From: Miltoncostaeaceae bacterium
GTDB taxonomy: Bacteria; Actinomycetota; Thermoleophilia; Miltoncostaeales; Miltoncostaeaceae
Assembly (NCBI GenBank): GCA_963808825.1
Contig: CAWEGW010000011.1
Span: 172,836-236,835, forward strand
Direction of reading: 5' to 3'
Length of the DNA: 64,000 bases
The notes beneath the pieces are model-generated. The model ran no database searches. It was not told where the DNA came from and saw nothing but the letters and a program-made list of their open reading frames with translations. Below are positions 39,626-48,163 of the stretch, one piece after another (positions within the stretch are counted from its first letter, which is position 1; every line of letters starts with the position of its first letter). The position numbers and the translations under genes were made by a program.

Positions 39626-40314
39626 CGCGAGCCGGCCGCGCGCCGGTCCAGGTCGGGGAAGGCCCGCCCCACCCGGGCCATGCCCTCGGCGACGATGGCG
39701 CGGACCCGGCGCTCCACCTCGACGGCGGGCGCCTCCGCGAGGACCGCCGCGGCCAGCGTCTGGTAGCGCAGGTGGATGACGCCGACGAGCATGGCGGCCA
39801 TCACGCGGAGCCGGTCGTCGCCGTCGGGGAGCCCGAGGTCGGCCGCCAGCGCGGCGCGCAGCGCGTCGGCCAGGCGCTCGTTCGAGAGCCGGTAGCGCGC
39901 CTGCAGGCTCGGCGACTCGTGCCAGGTGCCGAGGAAGCGCCGGAAGAGCGCGTAGCCCTCGGGGTCGTGCAGGCCGCCCCAGCCCCCGCCGGCGGGGATG
40001 CGGTTGTCGGCGAGCTGCGCCGCGAGCGCCTCGGTGATCGATCGCCCCGGCGGACGGCCGGCGATCGCCCCGGTGATCGCCGCGAAGATCTCCGCCTCCC
40101 GGTCGAGGAAGAGCTCCTCCTTGGAGCCGAAGTAGTTGAAGACCGTCTTGACCGACACGTCGGCCGCCTCGGCGATCTCGGCGAGGGTGACGGCCTCGAA
40201 CCCGCGCTCCATGAACATGGCGGTGGCGATGTCGGAGATCGCCTGCCGCGTTCGCGCCTTCTTCCGCTCGCGCAGGCCACCGGGGGCGACGGGTGATCCG
40301 GACGGGGCGCCCAT
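39622..40314 (-). CDS. TetR-family transcriptional regulator
   Basis: RERKKARTRQAISDIATAMFMERGFEAVTLAEIAEAADVSVKTVFNYFGSKEELF. Confidence 0.9.
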   Translation of the reverse strand: MGAPSGSPVAPGGLRERKKARTRQAISDIATAMFMERGFEAVTLAEIAEAADVSVKTVFNYFGSKEELFLDREAEIFAAITGAIAGRPPGRSITEALAAQLADNRIPAGGGWGGLHDPEGYALFRRFLGTWHESPSLQARYRLSNERLADALRAALAADLGLPDGDDRLRVMAAMLVGVIHLRYQTLAAAVLAEAPAVEVERRVRAIVAEGMARVGRAFPDLDRRAAGSR

Positions 40315-40330
40315 GCGCCCATGCTACGTC

Positions 40331-40366
40331 GTTCTTCACCAAAGGTAAACTTTCACTCATTGAATC
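40331..40366. promoter_or_regulatory. AT-rich patch in the TetR/ABC divergent intergenic region; candidate operator/promoter
   Basis: gttcttcaccaaaggtaaactttcactcattgaatc is the only AT-rich stretch in a 128-bp divergent spacer. It contains the imperfect dyad aaaggtaaacttt. Confidence 0.3.
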
Positions 40367-40442
40367 GGGCGCGGCGCGGTGGGACGCTCCCTCGCGGCGC
40401 CCACCCCGGCGCGAGCCCGATCCCTCCCGTCACGGAGGCACA

Positions 40443-41417
40443 GTGACGCCACACCACGCGATCGAGGCCGAGGGCCTCGTCAAGCGCTACGGCGACAAGA
40501 CGGCGCTCGCCGGCGTCGATTTCGACGTCCTGCGCGGGACCGTGTGCGGCCTCCTCGGCCCGAACGGCGCCGGGAAGACCACCGCCGTGCGCATCCTGAC
40601 CACCCTCGCCGTGCCCGACGCGGGGACCGCCCGCGTGGCGGGCCTCGACGTCGCCCGGGAGCCGATGGCGGTCCGCCGCGCGCTCGGCCTGGCGGCGCAG
40701 GAGGCGACGGTTGACGGCCTGCTCACCGGCCGCGAGAACCTCGTGATGATCGGCGAGCTGCACCACCTGGGGCGCCGCGTCGCGCGGGCGCGCGCCGACG
40801 AGCTGCTGGAGCAGTTCGCCCTCGCGGACGCCGGAGGGCGCCTCGCGAAGACCTACTCGGGGGGCATGCGCCGCCGCCTGGACCTGGCCGCGACGCTGGT
40901 CGCGCGGCCCGAGATCCTCTTCCTCGACGAGCCGACCACCGGCCTCGACCCGCGGGCCCGCACGGAGCTGTGGGACGTGCTCGAGACGCTGGTTGACGAG
41001 GGGGTGACCATCCTGCTGACGACCCAGTACCTCGAGGAGGCCGACCGCCTCGCCGACGACATCGTCGTGGTGGACCACGGTCGCGTGATCGCCCGCGGCG
41101 ACTCGCGCGCGCTGAAGCGGCGGGTCGGCGGCGTGCAGGTCTTCGTGACCGTCGCCGACCCGGCCGACCTCGAGGCGGCCGCCCGCCACGTCGCGCGCGT
41201 CGCGTCGGCGGAGCCCGGCGTCGATCCGGAGGCCCGCCTGGTCCAGGCCCCCTGCGACGACGGGCCGGCGGCGGTCGCGCGCCTCGCCGACGCCCTGGCC
41301 GAGGACGTGATCGAGGTCGAGGACCTCGGGCTGCGCCAGCCGACCCTGGACGACGTCTTCCTCACGCTCACCGGCGAGCGCATCGCCGACGAGCCCGTCC
41401 TGGAGATGGCGTCATGA
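40443..41417 (+). CDS. ABC transporter ATP-binding protein (DrrA-like exporter subunit)
   Basis: GGAGG then GTG at 40443. GLLGPNGAGKTT, YSGGMRRRLDLA, ILFLDEPTTGLD. Confidence 0.9.
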   Translation: MTPHHAIEAEGLVKRYGDKTALAGVDFDVLRGTVCGLLGPNGAGKTTAVRILTTLAVPDAGTARVAGLDVAREPMAVRRALGLAAQEATVDGLLTGRENLVMIGELHHLGRRVARARADELLEQFALADAGGRLAKTYSGGMRRRLDLAATLVARPEILFLDEPTTGLDPRARTELWDVLETLVDEGVTILLTTQYLEEADRLADDIVVVDHGRVIARGDSRALKRRVGGVQVFVTVADPADLEAAARHVARVASAEPGVDPEARLVQAPCDDGPAAVARLADALAEDVIEVEDLGLRQPTLDDVFLTLTGERIADEPVLEMAS

Positions 41418-42241
41418 GCGTCGCGATCGCACCGCCCTCGGCCCGCAGGGGCAGCGTCGTCGGCGACGCCTGGGTGGTCGCCCGGCGCGGCCTCCTGCAC
41501 ATGCGGCGCCAGCCCGAGGCGCTCGCCGACGTCACCCTGCAGCCCGTGATGTTCGTGCTGCTGTTCGCCTACGTGTTCGGCGGCGCCATCCAGGTCTCGG
41601 GCGGCGGCTACCGCGAGTTCCTCATGGGCGGCATCTTCGCCCAGACCATCGTCTTCGGGGCCTTCGGGGTCGCGATCGCACTCGCCTACGACCGCTCGAA
41701 CGGGGCGATCGACCGCTTCCGCTCGCTGCCCATGGCGCGCGGGGCGGTGCTCGGCGGGCACGCCGTGGCGAGCCTGATCAGGGGCCTGCTCCCGATCGTG
41801 CTCATGTCCCTCTGCGGCCTGATCGTCGGCTGGCGGATCCACACCTCGGTCGCCGACGCCGTGGGCGGCTACGCGCTGATGATCGCCTTCTCGTTCGCCG
41901 TGATCTGGCTCGGGGTGCTGCTCGGCAGCCTGCTGCCCTCCGCCGAGGCCGTGCAGGGCGTGGCGTTCGTCGTGATCTTCCCGGTCACCTTCATCGCGAG
42001 CACCTTCGTGCCGGTCGGGACGCTGCCGGGGGTCCTCCGCACGATCGCCGAGTGGAACCCGGTGACGGCGATGTCAGAGGCGCTGCGGGAGCTGTTCGGC
42101 AACCCGCGCGGGGACTTCGGCGCCGATCCCCCCTGGCCGTTGGACCACCCGGTGGCGTACAGCCTGATCTGGATCGCCGCGATGGTCGTCGTGTGCGCGC
42201 CGCTGGCCATCCGCGCCTACCAGCGGACCATCTCCGAGTGA
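41414..42241 (+). CDS. ABC-2-type transporter permease (DrrB-like)
   Basis: ATGA overlap with the ATPase gene. Six hydrophobic segments. EWNPVTAMSEALRELF is typical of the ABC-2 family. Confidence 0.85.
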   Translation: MSVAIAPPSARRGSVVGDAWVVARRGLLHMRRQPEALADVTLQPVMFVLLFAYVFGGAIQVSGGGYREFLMGGIFAQTIVFGAFGVAIALAYDRSNGAIDRFRSLPMARGAVLGGHAVASLIRGLLPIVLMSLCGLIVGWRIHTSVADAVGGYALMIAFSFAVIWLGVLLGSLLPSAEAVQGVAFVVIFPVTFIASTFVPVGTLPGVLRTIAEWNPVTAMSEALRELFGNPRGDFGADPPWPLDHPVAYSLIWIAAMVVVCAPLAIRAYQRTISE

Positions 42242-42260
42242 TGCGGCCTCGGAGCGCCCC

Positions 42261-42803
42261 TCAGTCGTCGCGGGAGAGGCGCTCCGAGAGCTCGCGGAGG
42301 GCGTCCCAGCGAGGGTCGGTCTCGACCACGACGCAGCCGCAGTCCACGGCGTTGCGGTTGGCGCCGCAGGTCGGGCAGAGCCCGGCGCAGTCCTCGCGGC
42401 AGAGGATCGTGGCGGGCACCGCCTCGGCGATCGCGTCGCGCACCCAGCCGGCCAGGTCGAGGCGCAGGGCGTCCACGTAGGCCGAGTCGAGGTCCTCGTC
42501 GAAGGGGGCGTCGGCCGGCCGCCCCTCGGCGGCGAACTCCTGGCTCTCGACGGCCAGCCGGACGCGCGCCTCCTCGAGGCAGCGCCAGCACGGCCCGACC
42601 AGCTCCACCTCCGTGCGCAGGGTCAGGTGCACGCCCGACAGGGAGCGCGCGACGCGCAGCTCGACCTCGGGCTCGGGGGGCTCCACCCGGTAGTCCTGGC
42701 CCCCGAGCCGGAGCTCGACCGCGGGGACGCGGACCCGCAGCCGGGTCTCGGAGCCCGGGGCGAGGTCGAGGGCGCGGAGGTCGATCGACTCGACCGCCGC
42801 CAT
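42261..42803 (-). CDS. yceD: YceD/DUF177-family protein
   Basis: ELVGPCWRCLEEARV...ILCREDCAGLCPTCGANRN (two Cys pairs). Confidence 0.85.
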   Translation of the reverse strand: MAAVESIDLRALDLAPGSETRLRVRVPAVELRLGGQDYRVEPPEPEVELRVARSLSGVHLTLRTEVELVGPCWRCLEEARVRLAVESQEFAAEGRPADAPFDEDLDSAYVDALRLDLAGWVRDAIAEAVPATILCREDCAGLCPTCGANRNAVDCGCVVVETDPRWDALRELSERLSRDD

Positions 42804-42807
42804 CGCT

Positions 42808-43302
42808 CTAGACGGCCGGCTCCTGCGGCAGTGCGTCGGGCTCGAGCGCGCGCTCCTCGGACGGCCCCTGGAGCCGCTCGCGGCCCCGCTGGACCGCCTG
42901 CAGGAACTTGCCGAGGTTGACCTCGAGCGTCCCGAGCACCTCGTCGGCGTAGTCCTCGGCGCCGAGCCGCACCTCCCGCTCGCGCTGGCGCGCCTCCTCG
43001 AGGATCTCGGCCGCCTCGCGCTCGGCGCGCTTGACGACCTCCTGCTCGGAGGCCTCCTGGGCCGCCTTGTCGCGGGCGTCGACGACGATCCGCTCGGCCT
43101 CGCGCTTGGCCTCGGCCAGCATCTCCTGGCGCTCCTTGACGATCCAGCGCGCCTGCTTGACCTCCTCCGGGATGGTCGACCGCATCTGGTCGAGCAGCTC
43201 GTAGATGGCGTCGCGGTCGATCCGCACCTGGTCGGTCAGGGGCACCGCTCGCGCGTTGTGGATCAGGTCGTCCAGCTTGTCGATGAGCTCCAGTACGTCC
43301 AA
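42808..43302 (-). CDS. coiled-coil protein of the type often annotated ATP-synthase-subunit-b-like/ATPase
   Basis: MDVLELIDKLDDLIHNARAVPLTDQVRIDRDAIYELLDQMRSTIPEEVKQARWIVKERQEML..., Glu/Arg/Ala-rich coiled coil. Confidence 0.6.
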   Translation of the reverse strand: MDVLELIDKLDDLIHNARAVPLTDQVRIDRDAIYELLDQMRSTIPEEVKQARWIVKERQEMLAEAKREAERIVVDARDKAAQEASEQEVVKRAEREAAEILEEARQREREVRLGAEDYADEVLGTLEVNLGKFLQAVQRGRERLQGPSEERALEPDALPQEPAV

Positions 43303-43311
43303 CGAACCCTC

Positions 43312-43827
43312 CTAAGGGACCGAGCCAGGACCCGGGCGGTGCCGCGCCCTCAGCGCCTGCGCGACGTGGGCGGGGACCCAGTCGTCAACTGCGCCCCCCC
43401 AAGCCGCCACCTCCCGGACCCCGCTCGAGCTGATGAAGCTGTACTGCGGAGAGGCCGGCAGGTAGACGGTTTCGATCTCGGCCGCCAAATGCCTGTTGAG
43501 CTGAGCCATCTGGAACTCGTAGTCGAAGTCCGAGATCGCCCTCAGCCCTTTTACCAGAACGGAGGCGCCCAAGTCGCGGGCGTGGGCGATGATCAGGCTG
43601 TCGAAGCCCTCCACGCGGACGTTGTGGAGGTGGCCGACGCTCTGCTCGACCATGGCGATCCGCTCCTCGGCGTCGAAGAGCGGCTGCTTCTTCACCGATC
43701 CCGTCGTCACCGACACCACGAGCTCGTCGAAGAGGCTCGCGGCGCGCTCGATGATGTCGACGTGGCCGTTTGTGACCGGGTCGTAGGTCCCGGGGCAGAC
43801 CGCGATGCGGTACCCGTCCACCCTCAC
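43312..43827 (-). CDS. coaD: phosphopantetheine adenylyltransferase
   Basis: IAVCPGTYDPVTNGHVDIIERA...VKGLRAISDFDYEFQMAQLNR...ISSSGVRE. Confidence 0.92.
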   Translation of the reverse strand: MRVDGYRIAVCPGTYDPVTNGHVDIIERAASLFDELVVSVTTGSVKKQPLFDAEERIAMVEQSVGHLHNVRVEGFDSLIIAHARDLGASVLVKGLRAISDFDYEFQMAQLNRHLAAEIETVYLPASPQYSFISSSGVREVAAWGGAVDDWVPAHVAQALRARHRPGPGSVP

Positions 43828-44381
43828 CGCTCCTCCAGCCGCAGGACGCTGACGGCCGTGTCGCCGTACGTCCGCTCAGTTCGCGACGCGATCGAAAGGC
43901 CCTTCGGCTCGAGGTCGGGACCCGCGGACGGGTGCTCGATCACGACGGTCCCTCCCGGCGTCATGAGGGGCGCCAATGCCGTACCGAGGCCCCCCGCGAT
44001 GCGGGGCAGAAGGCGATAAGGGGGGTCGCAGAGGCACAAAGCGTAGCGCCTGCCCGACGCCCGCTCGGCCGCGAGCGCCGCCCGCCAGTCGCGGCGCACC
44101 ACCCGCACCCGGTCCTCGAGCCCCAGCGAGGCCACGTTGGCCCGGATCGCCGCGACCGCCCGGGGCGAGCGCTCGACGAAGGTCGCCGTCGCCGCGCCGC
44201 GCGAGAGCGCCTCGAGCCCGAGCGCCCCCGAGCCGGCGAAGAGGTCGAGCGCGTCGACGCCCTCGAGCGGCCCCAGGATCGCGAAGACGGCCTCGCGGAC
44301 GCGATCCGAGGTCGGGCGCGTGTCCCGCCCCGGCGGGGCCGCGATGCGGCGGCCGCGGTGGGTGCCGGCGACGATCCTCAC
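43824..44381 (-). CDS. rsmD: 16S rRNA (guanine966-N2)-methyltransferase RsmD
   Basis: GTG at 44381 in a GTGA overlap with the recG stop. RIVAGTHRGRRI...RPTSDRVREAVFAIL...LDLFAGSGALGLEALSRGA...CDPPY. Confidence 0.88.
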   Translation of the reverse strand: MRIVAGTHRGRRIAAPPGRDTRPTSDRVREAVFAILGPLEGVDALDLFAGSGALGLEALSRGAATATFVERSPRAVAAIRANVASLGLEDRVRVVRRDWRAALAAERASGRRYALCLCDPPYRLLPRIAGGLGTALAPLMTPGGTVVIEHPSAGPDLEPKGLSIASRTERTYGDTAVSVLRLEER

Positions 44382-46576
44382 GCGTCGAGCAGGCGCGGCA
44401 GGGCGTCGAAGCGCCCGAGGACGGCCTGGTGCAGGAGGGCGTGCTCGGGCGCGCGCAGGCGCGGGTCGCGCTCCAGGGTGCGGCGGGCGATGTGGCGCGC
44501 CTCCGCGAGCTCGCGCCGGTCGCGGCCCAGGCGGGCGACGCGCAGGTCGGTCGCGCCTGCCTGGCGGACGCCCAGCAGGCTGCCCTCGCCCCGGATCTCG
44601 AGGTCGAGCTCGGCCAGGCGGAAGCCGTTGACCGTCTGCGTGAGCGCCTCCAGCCGGCGCGCGCCCTCCTCGGTCGCGGGCTCGCCGAACAGCAGGCACA
44701 GCCCCGGGGCGGTCCCGCGCCCGACCCGGCCGCGGAGCTGATGGAGCTGGGCGAGGCCGAAGCGGTCCGCGCCCTCGACCACGATCGTGGTGGCGTTGGG
44801 GACGTCGATCCCGACCTCGACGACCGTCGTGGCCACGAGCAGGTCGGTGCGGCCGGAGGCGAACCCCTCCATGGCGGCGCGCTTCTCGTCCGTGCGCTGG
44901 CCGCCGTGGGCCAGGCCCACCTCGAAGTGGGCGAAGGGCCCGGCCCGGAGCCGCTCGGCCTCGCTGGTGGCGGCGCGGGCCTCGGCGGCCTCCCCCTCCT
45001 CGACGAGGGGACAGATGACGTACGCCTGGTGGCCGGCCCGCAACTGGGCGCGCACCAGCTCGTAGGCCTCGTCGCGGTCGGCCTCGCGCACCCAGCGCGT
45101 CTCGACGGGCGCCCGCCCCGGGGGCCGCCCGCGGATCGTCGAGACCCTCAGGTCGCCGTAGGCCGTCAGCGCCAGGGTGCGCGGGATCGGGGTGGCGGTC
45201 ATGTAGAGCAGGTGGGCGGCGCCGCCGGGGCCCACGGCCGCGGCGGCTCGCTCCGACAGGGCCTGGCGCTGCTCGACGCCGAAGCGGTGCTGCTCGTTGA
45301 CCACCGCCAGCCCGAGCCGCTGGAAGGCGACCCCCTCCGACAGGAGCGCCTGGGTGCCCACGGCCACGGGGGCCGTGCCCGTGGCGAGCGCCATCAGCCG
45401 CCGCTCGCGCTCGGACCGCGGGACGCGGCCCGTCAGCAGCACCGGCGCCATGCCGGCGGGCTCGAGCAGCCGGTCGAGCGTGCGCAGGTGCTGCTCGGCG
45501 AGCGTCTCGGTCGGCACCAGCAGGGCCGCCTGGGCGCCGGCCTCGACCGCCTGGCAGATCGCCAGGGCCGCCACCACGGTCTTGCCGGAGCCGACCTCGC
45601 CCTGCAGCAGCCGCCGCATCGGCCGCGGGCGCGCCAGGTCGCGGCCGATCTCGCGCGCGGCGCGCCGCTGCTCGGCCGTCAGCTGGAACGGCAGCGCCTC
45701 CAGCAGCGGGCCCGAGCGCTCGCCGGTCGGCCGCAGGGGCGGGGCGGCCCGCGTCTGCTCCTCGCGCCGGCGCACGGCGAGGAGCCCGAGCTGGAGCACG
45801 ATCAGCTCCTCCAGCACGAGGCGGCGGCGGCCCAGGCGCGCCTCCTCGCGGGAGCGGGGGAAGTGCACCGCCACCAGGGCGTCGGCGGCGCCGCCGATCC
45901 AGAGGCGGTCGCGTATCCACGCCGGCAGGGTCTCGGGGGCCGCGCGCGCCAGGGGGCGCGCGAGGTTAACCAGCTCGCGGATGCGGCGGGCGGGCATGCG
46001 CTCCGTGGCCGGGTAGACGGGCACCAGCCCCTGGGTGTGGACGCCCTCGGACCCCGCGCCCCCGAGCACCTCGTGGCTGCGCACCGCCATCTCGCGGCGG
46101 CCGCCCTCGGAGACGCGCCCCCGCAGCAGCAGCTCGTCGCCCGGTACGAGGATGCGGGCGAGGTGCTGCTGGTTGAACCACAGCGCGGCCATGCGCCCGC
46201 TGTCGTCGTGGACGCGGGCGCGCACGATGCGCAGGTTGCGGCGGCGCGTGCGCTGGACGGCGATGTCGTCCAGGACGACGCGCACGGTGGCCTCCTCGCC
46301 GGCCGCGAGGGCGGCGACCGGGCGCGCGCCCTCGTCGAAGTCCTCGTAGCGGGCCGGCAGGTGCAGCAGGAGGTCGCCGACGGTGGCGATCCCAAGCGCC
46401 CGGGCGCGCTCCTCGGTCGTGCGCCCGACCCCGGGCAGATCGGTCAGGCGCGCGTCCCAGGCCTCGGGCCCGGGGCGGCGCTGCGGCGGGGGCGACGGCC
46501 ATCCGTCCGAGCGTCCGGACCCCAGCGGCGGCAGCGGCAGGGGCGGCGAATCCGTCGCGGTTGCGCGCGCGGCCAT
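44378..46576 (-). CDS. recG: ATP-dependent DNA helicase RecG
   Basis: ATG at 46576. Wedge domain, then LLQGEVGSGKTVVA, VVNEQHRFGV, TATPIPRTL, LHQLRGRVGRG. The longer ORF to 46744 would overlap rpmB. Confidence 0.9.
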   Translation of the reverse strand: MAARATATDSPPLPLPPLGSGRSDGWPSPPPQRRPGPEAWDARLTDLPGVGRTTEERARALGIATVGDLLLHLPARYEDFDEGARPVAALAAGEEATVRVVLDDIAVQRTRRRNLRIVRARVHDDSGRMAALWFNQQHLARILVPGDELLLRGRVSEGGRREMAVRSHEVLGGAGSEGVHTQGLVPVYPATERMPARRIRELVNLARPLARAAPETLPAWIRDRLWIGGAADALVAVHFPRSREEARLGRRRLVLEELIVLQLGLLAVRRREEQTRAAPPLRPTGERSGPLLEALPFQLTAEQRRAAREIGRDLARPRPMRRLLQGEVGSGKTVVAALAICQAVEAGAQAALLVPTETLAEQHLRTLDRLLEPAGMAPVLLTGRVPRSERERRLMALATGTAPVAVGTQALLSEGVAFQRLGLAVVNEQHRFGVEQRQALSERAAAAVGPGGAAHLLYMTATPIPRTLALTAYGDLRVSTIRGRPPGRAPVETRWVREADRDEAYELVRAQLRAGHQAYVICPLVEEGEAAEARAATSEAERLRAGPFAHFEVGLAHGGQRTDEKRAAMEGFASGRTDLLVATTVVEVGIDVPNATTIVVEGADRFGLAQLHQLRGRVGRGTAPGLCLLFGEPATEEGARRLEALTQTVNGFRLAELDLEIRGEGSLLGVRQAGATDLRVARLGRDRRELAEARHIARRTLERDPRLRAPEHALLHQAVLGRFDALPRLLDA

Positions 46577-46590
46577 CGAGCGAGCATAAT
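46561..46590 (+). promoter_or_regulatory. candidate sigma-70-type promoter for rpmB
   Basis: TTGCGC - 18 nt - CATAAT, about 65 nt upstream of the rpmB ATG. Sequence pattern only. Confidence 0.25.
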
Positions 46591-46655
46591 CCGGGGTCGC
46601 TCGGACGCCCCCGGCGTCCCACGACCACACCACAGCGACTGCGAGGAACGGCGAC

Positions 46656-46847
46656 ATGGCGAAGGTCTGCAGCGTCTGCGGAAGGGCTCCCGCGTTCGGG
46701 AACAACCGCAGCCACTCGATGCGCGCCACCCCGCGCCGCTTCAACGTGAACGTGCAGAAGGTGCGGATCCTGAAGGGATCGACCCCCGTCCGCGCCTACG
46801 TCTGCACCCGCTGCCTGAAGGCCGGGAAGGTCATCAAGGCGGTCTAG
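46656..46847 (+). CDS. rpmB: 50S ribosomal protein L28
   Basis: MAKVCSVCGRAPAFGNNRSHSMRATPRRFNVNVQKVRI. Confidence 0.93.
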   Translation: MAKVCSVCGRAPAFGNNRSHSMRATPRRFNVNVQKVRILKGSTPVRAYVCTRCLKAGKVIKAV

Positions 46848-46853
46848 GGGCCC

Positions 46854-47555
46854 CTAGCCCGGGCGCCGGAAGACGTTCACGGTCGCGTCGATCCGGAGCG
46901 TGCTCTTCGCCTTGAAGGCCTTGCTCTGGGAGAACTGGACCCTCCAGAGGCCGACCTGGGCGTTCCGGACCGGGATCTGATCCCGCCTGACCGTGAGCTG
47001 GCCGCAGGGGTTGCTGGCCCTCCCCATCCTCACGCTCGCGCGCAGCTTGCCGCCGTAGCGGTAGTGGGCGTAGATCGGGAGGTCCGGGGCGAAGCCGGAG
47101 AACCTGAAGGTGACCGTGCTCGACGGCCTGGTGCGCTTGGGTGAGGCGCTGAACGACAGGGGCGCGGCCTTCACGCGGAGGGCGTTGCTCGGCCCGAGGA
47201 ACGGGTCGGACGCGACGATGTCGAGGGGCGTCGCCTTCGGCGCGCGGTCGCTGAGCAGGTCGAAGACGCTGAACGAGTACGCGAAGGAGCCGGCGGCGTC
47301 GGTGTAGGTCTGCACCGACTGGGTGCCGCGGGTGAGGGAGATCAGGGCGTTGGGCGAGAAGCCGCCGCCGGTGACGTTCAGGCGCGGGGAGATCTGTGCG
47401 CCGCCCGGCTCCTGGGAGGGGCGCAGGCAGATCGCGTCGGTCGCGATGGTCGGCGCGGCGCTCGCCACGCTCGCCGCGGCGACGAGCGCGATGGGCACCG
47501 CCGTGGCGACGAGCGCTCCCCGGCGTCGGGGAGCCGTCCGTTCTCCAGCGTGCAT
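46854..47555 (-). CDS. secreted hypothetical protein (signal peptide, beta-rich)
   Basis: N-terminus RRRGALVATAVPIALVAAASVASA|AP. The mature part is Ser/Thr/Phe-rich and lower in GC than its neighbours. No family recognised. Confidence 0.6.
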   Translation of the reverse strand: MHAGERTAPRRRGALVATAVPIALVAAASVASAAPTIATDAICLRPSQEPGGAQISPRLNVTGGGFSPNALISLTRGTQSVQTYTDAAGSFAYSFSVFDLLSDRAPKATPLDIVASDPFLGPSNALRVKAAPLSFSASPKRTRPSSTVTFRFSGFAPDLPIYAHYRYGGKLRASVRMGRASNPCGQLTVRRDQIPVRNAQVGLWRVQFSQSKAFKAKSTLRIDATVNVFRRPG

Positions 47556-47614
47556 GTGAAGGGATCCTCTCCTCGGATCGCGTGGTCCATCCCCGGCGGA
47601 CGCTAATCCGCCGA

Positions 47615-47635
47615 GGGGCGCGCGGAAGGCGCCCC
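47615..47635 (-). terminator. GC hairpin downstream of ribH (possible operon terminator)
   Basis: ggggcgc-gcggaag-gcgcccc, about 50 nt after the ribH stop. A second hairpin (cggcgga..tccgccg) lies at ~47595-47614. No U-tract. Confidence 0.3.
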
Positions 47636-47686
47636 GCTCCCAATTCCCAGAATCCTCACAGGTGGCCGCGACGCAGCGGCCCGGCG

Positions 47687-48163
47687 TCAGCCCTGCTCGC
47701 GGACCAGGTTGGCCATCACGACGGCCGCGTCGGCCGCGTCGGCGCCGGCGTTGCCGACCACGCCGCCCGCCCGCGCCTCGGCCTGCATCCGGTCCTCGGT
47801 GGTGAGGACGCCGAAGGCGACCGGCACGCCGGTCTCGAGCCCCACGGCCGAGAGCCCCCCGGCCGCCGTCTGGCAGATGTGGTCGTAGTGCGAGGTCTCC
47901 CCGCGGATCACCGCCCCCAGGGCGATGACCGCCGCGTAGCGGCCCGTGCGCGCCATGACCTTCGCGGCCAGCGGCAGCTCGAAGGCCCCCGGCACCCAGC
48001 GCTCGTCGAGGTAGCCGTCGGGCAGGCCGGCCTCGGCCAGCCGCGCTCGCGCCCCCTCGAGGAGCCGCTCCCCGAGGTCCCGGTGGAAGCCGGCGATCAC
48101 GGCCGCCATCCGCACCCGGCCCTCCAGACGAGGGGCCGGCGAGGGCGGGTCGCCTCTCGCCAC
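47687..48163 (-). CDS. ribH: 6,7-dimethyl-8-ribityllumazine synthase
   Basis: GTG at 48163, 1-nt overlap with the ribBA stop. RMAAVIAGFHRDLGERLLEGA...VPGAFELPLAAK...AVIALGAVIRGETSHYDHI. Confidence 0.9.
   Translation of the reverse strand: MARGDPPSPAPRLEGRVRMAAVIAGFHRDLGERLLEGARARLAEAGLPDGYLDERWVPGAFELPLAAKVMARTGRYAAVIALGAVIRGETSHYDHICQTAAGGLSAVGLETGVPVAFGVLTTEDRMQAEARAGGVVGNAGADAADAAVVMANLVREQG

Noticed and set aside
43976-46915. 979-aa plus-strand ORF across rsmD/recG; similar giants at 57115-60426 (+), 5970-7691 (-), 48181-49650 (+), 18000-20153 (-), 21827-23752 (+, except its last 107 codons)
   Set aside because: All lie opposite or out of frame to genes with clear family motifs, and their translations are R/G/P/A-rich. 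Only the 3' tail of ORF 21827-23752 (the VOC gene, from the GTG at 23429) looks real.
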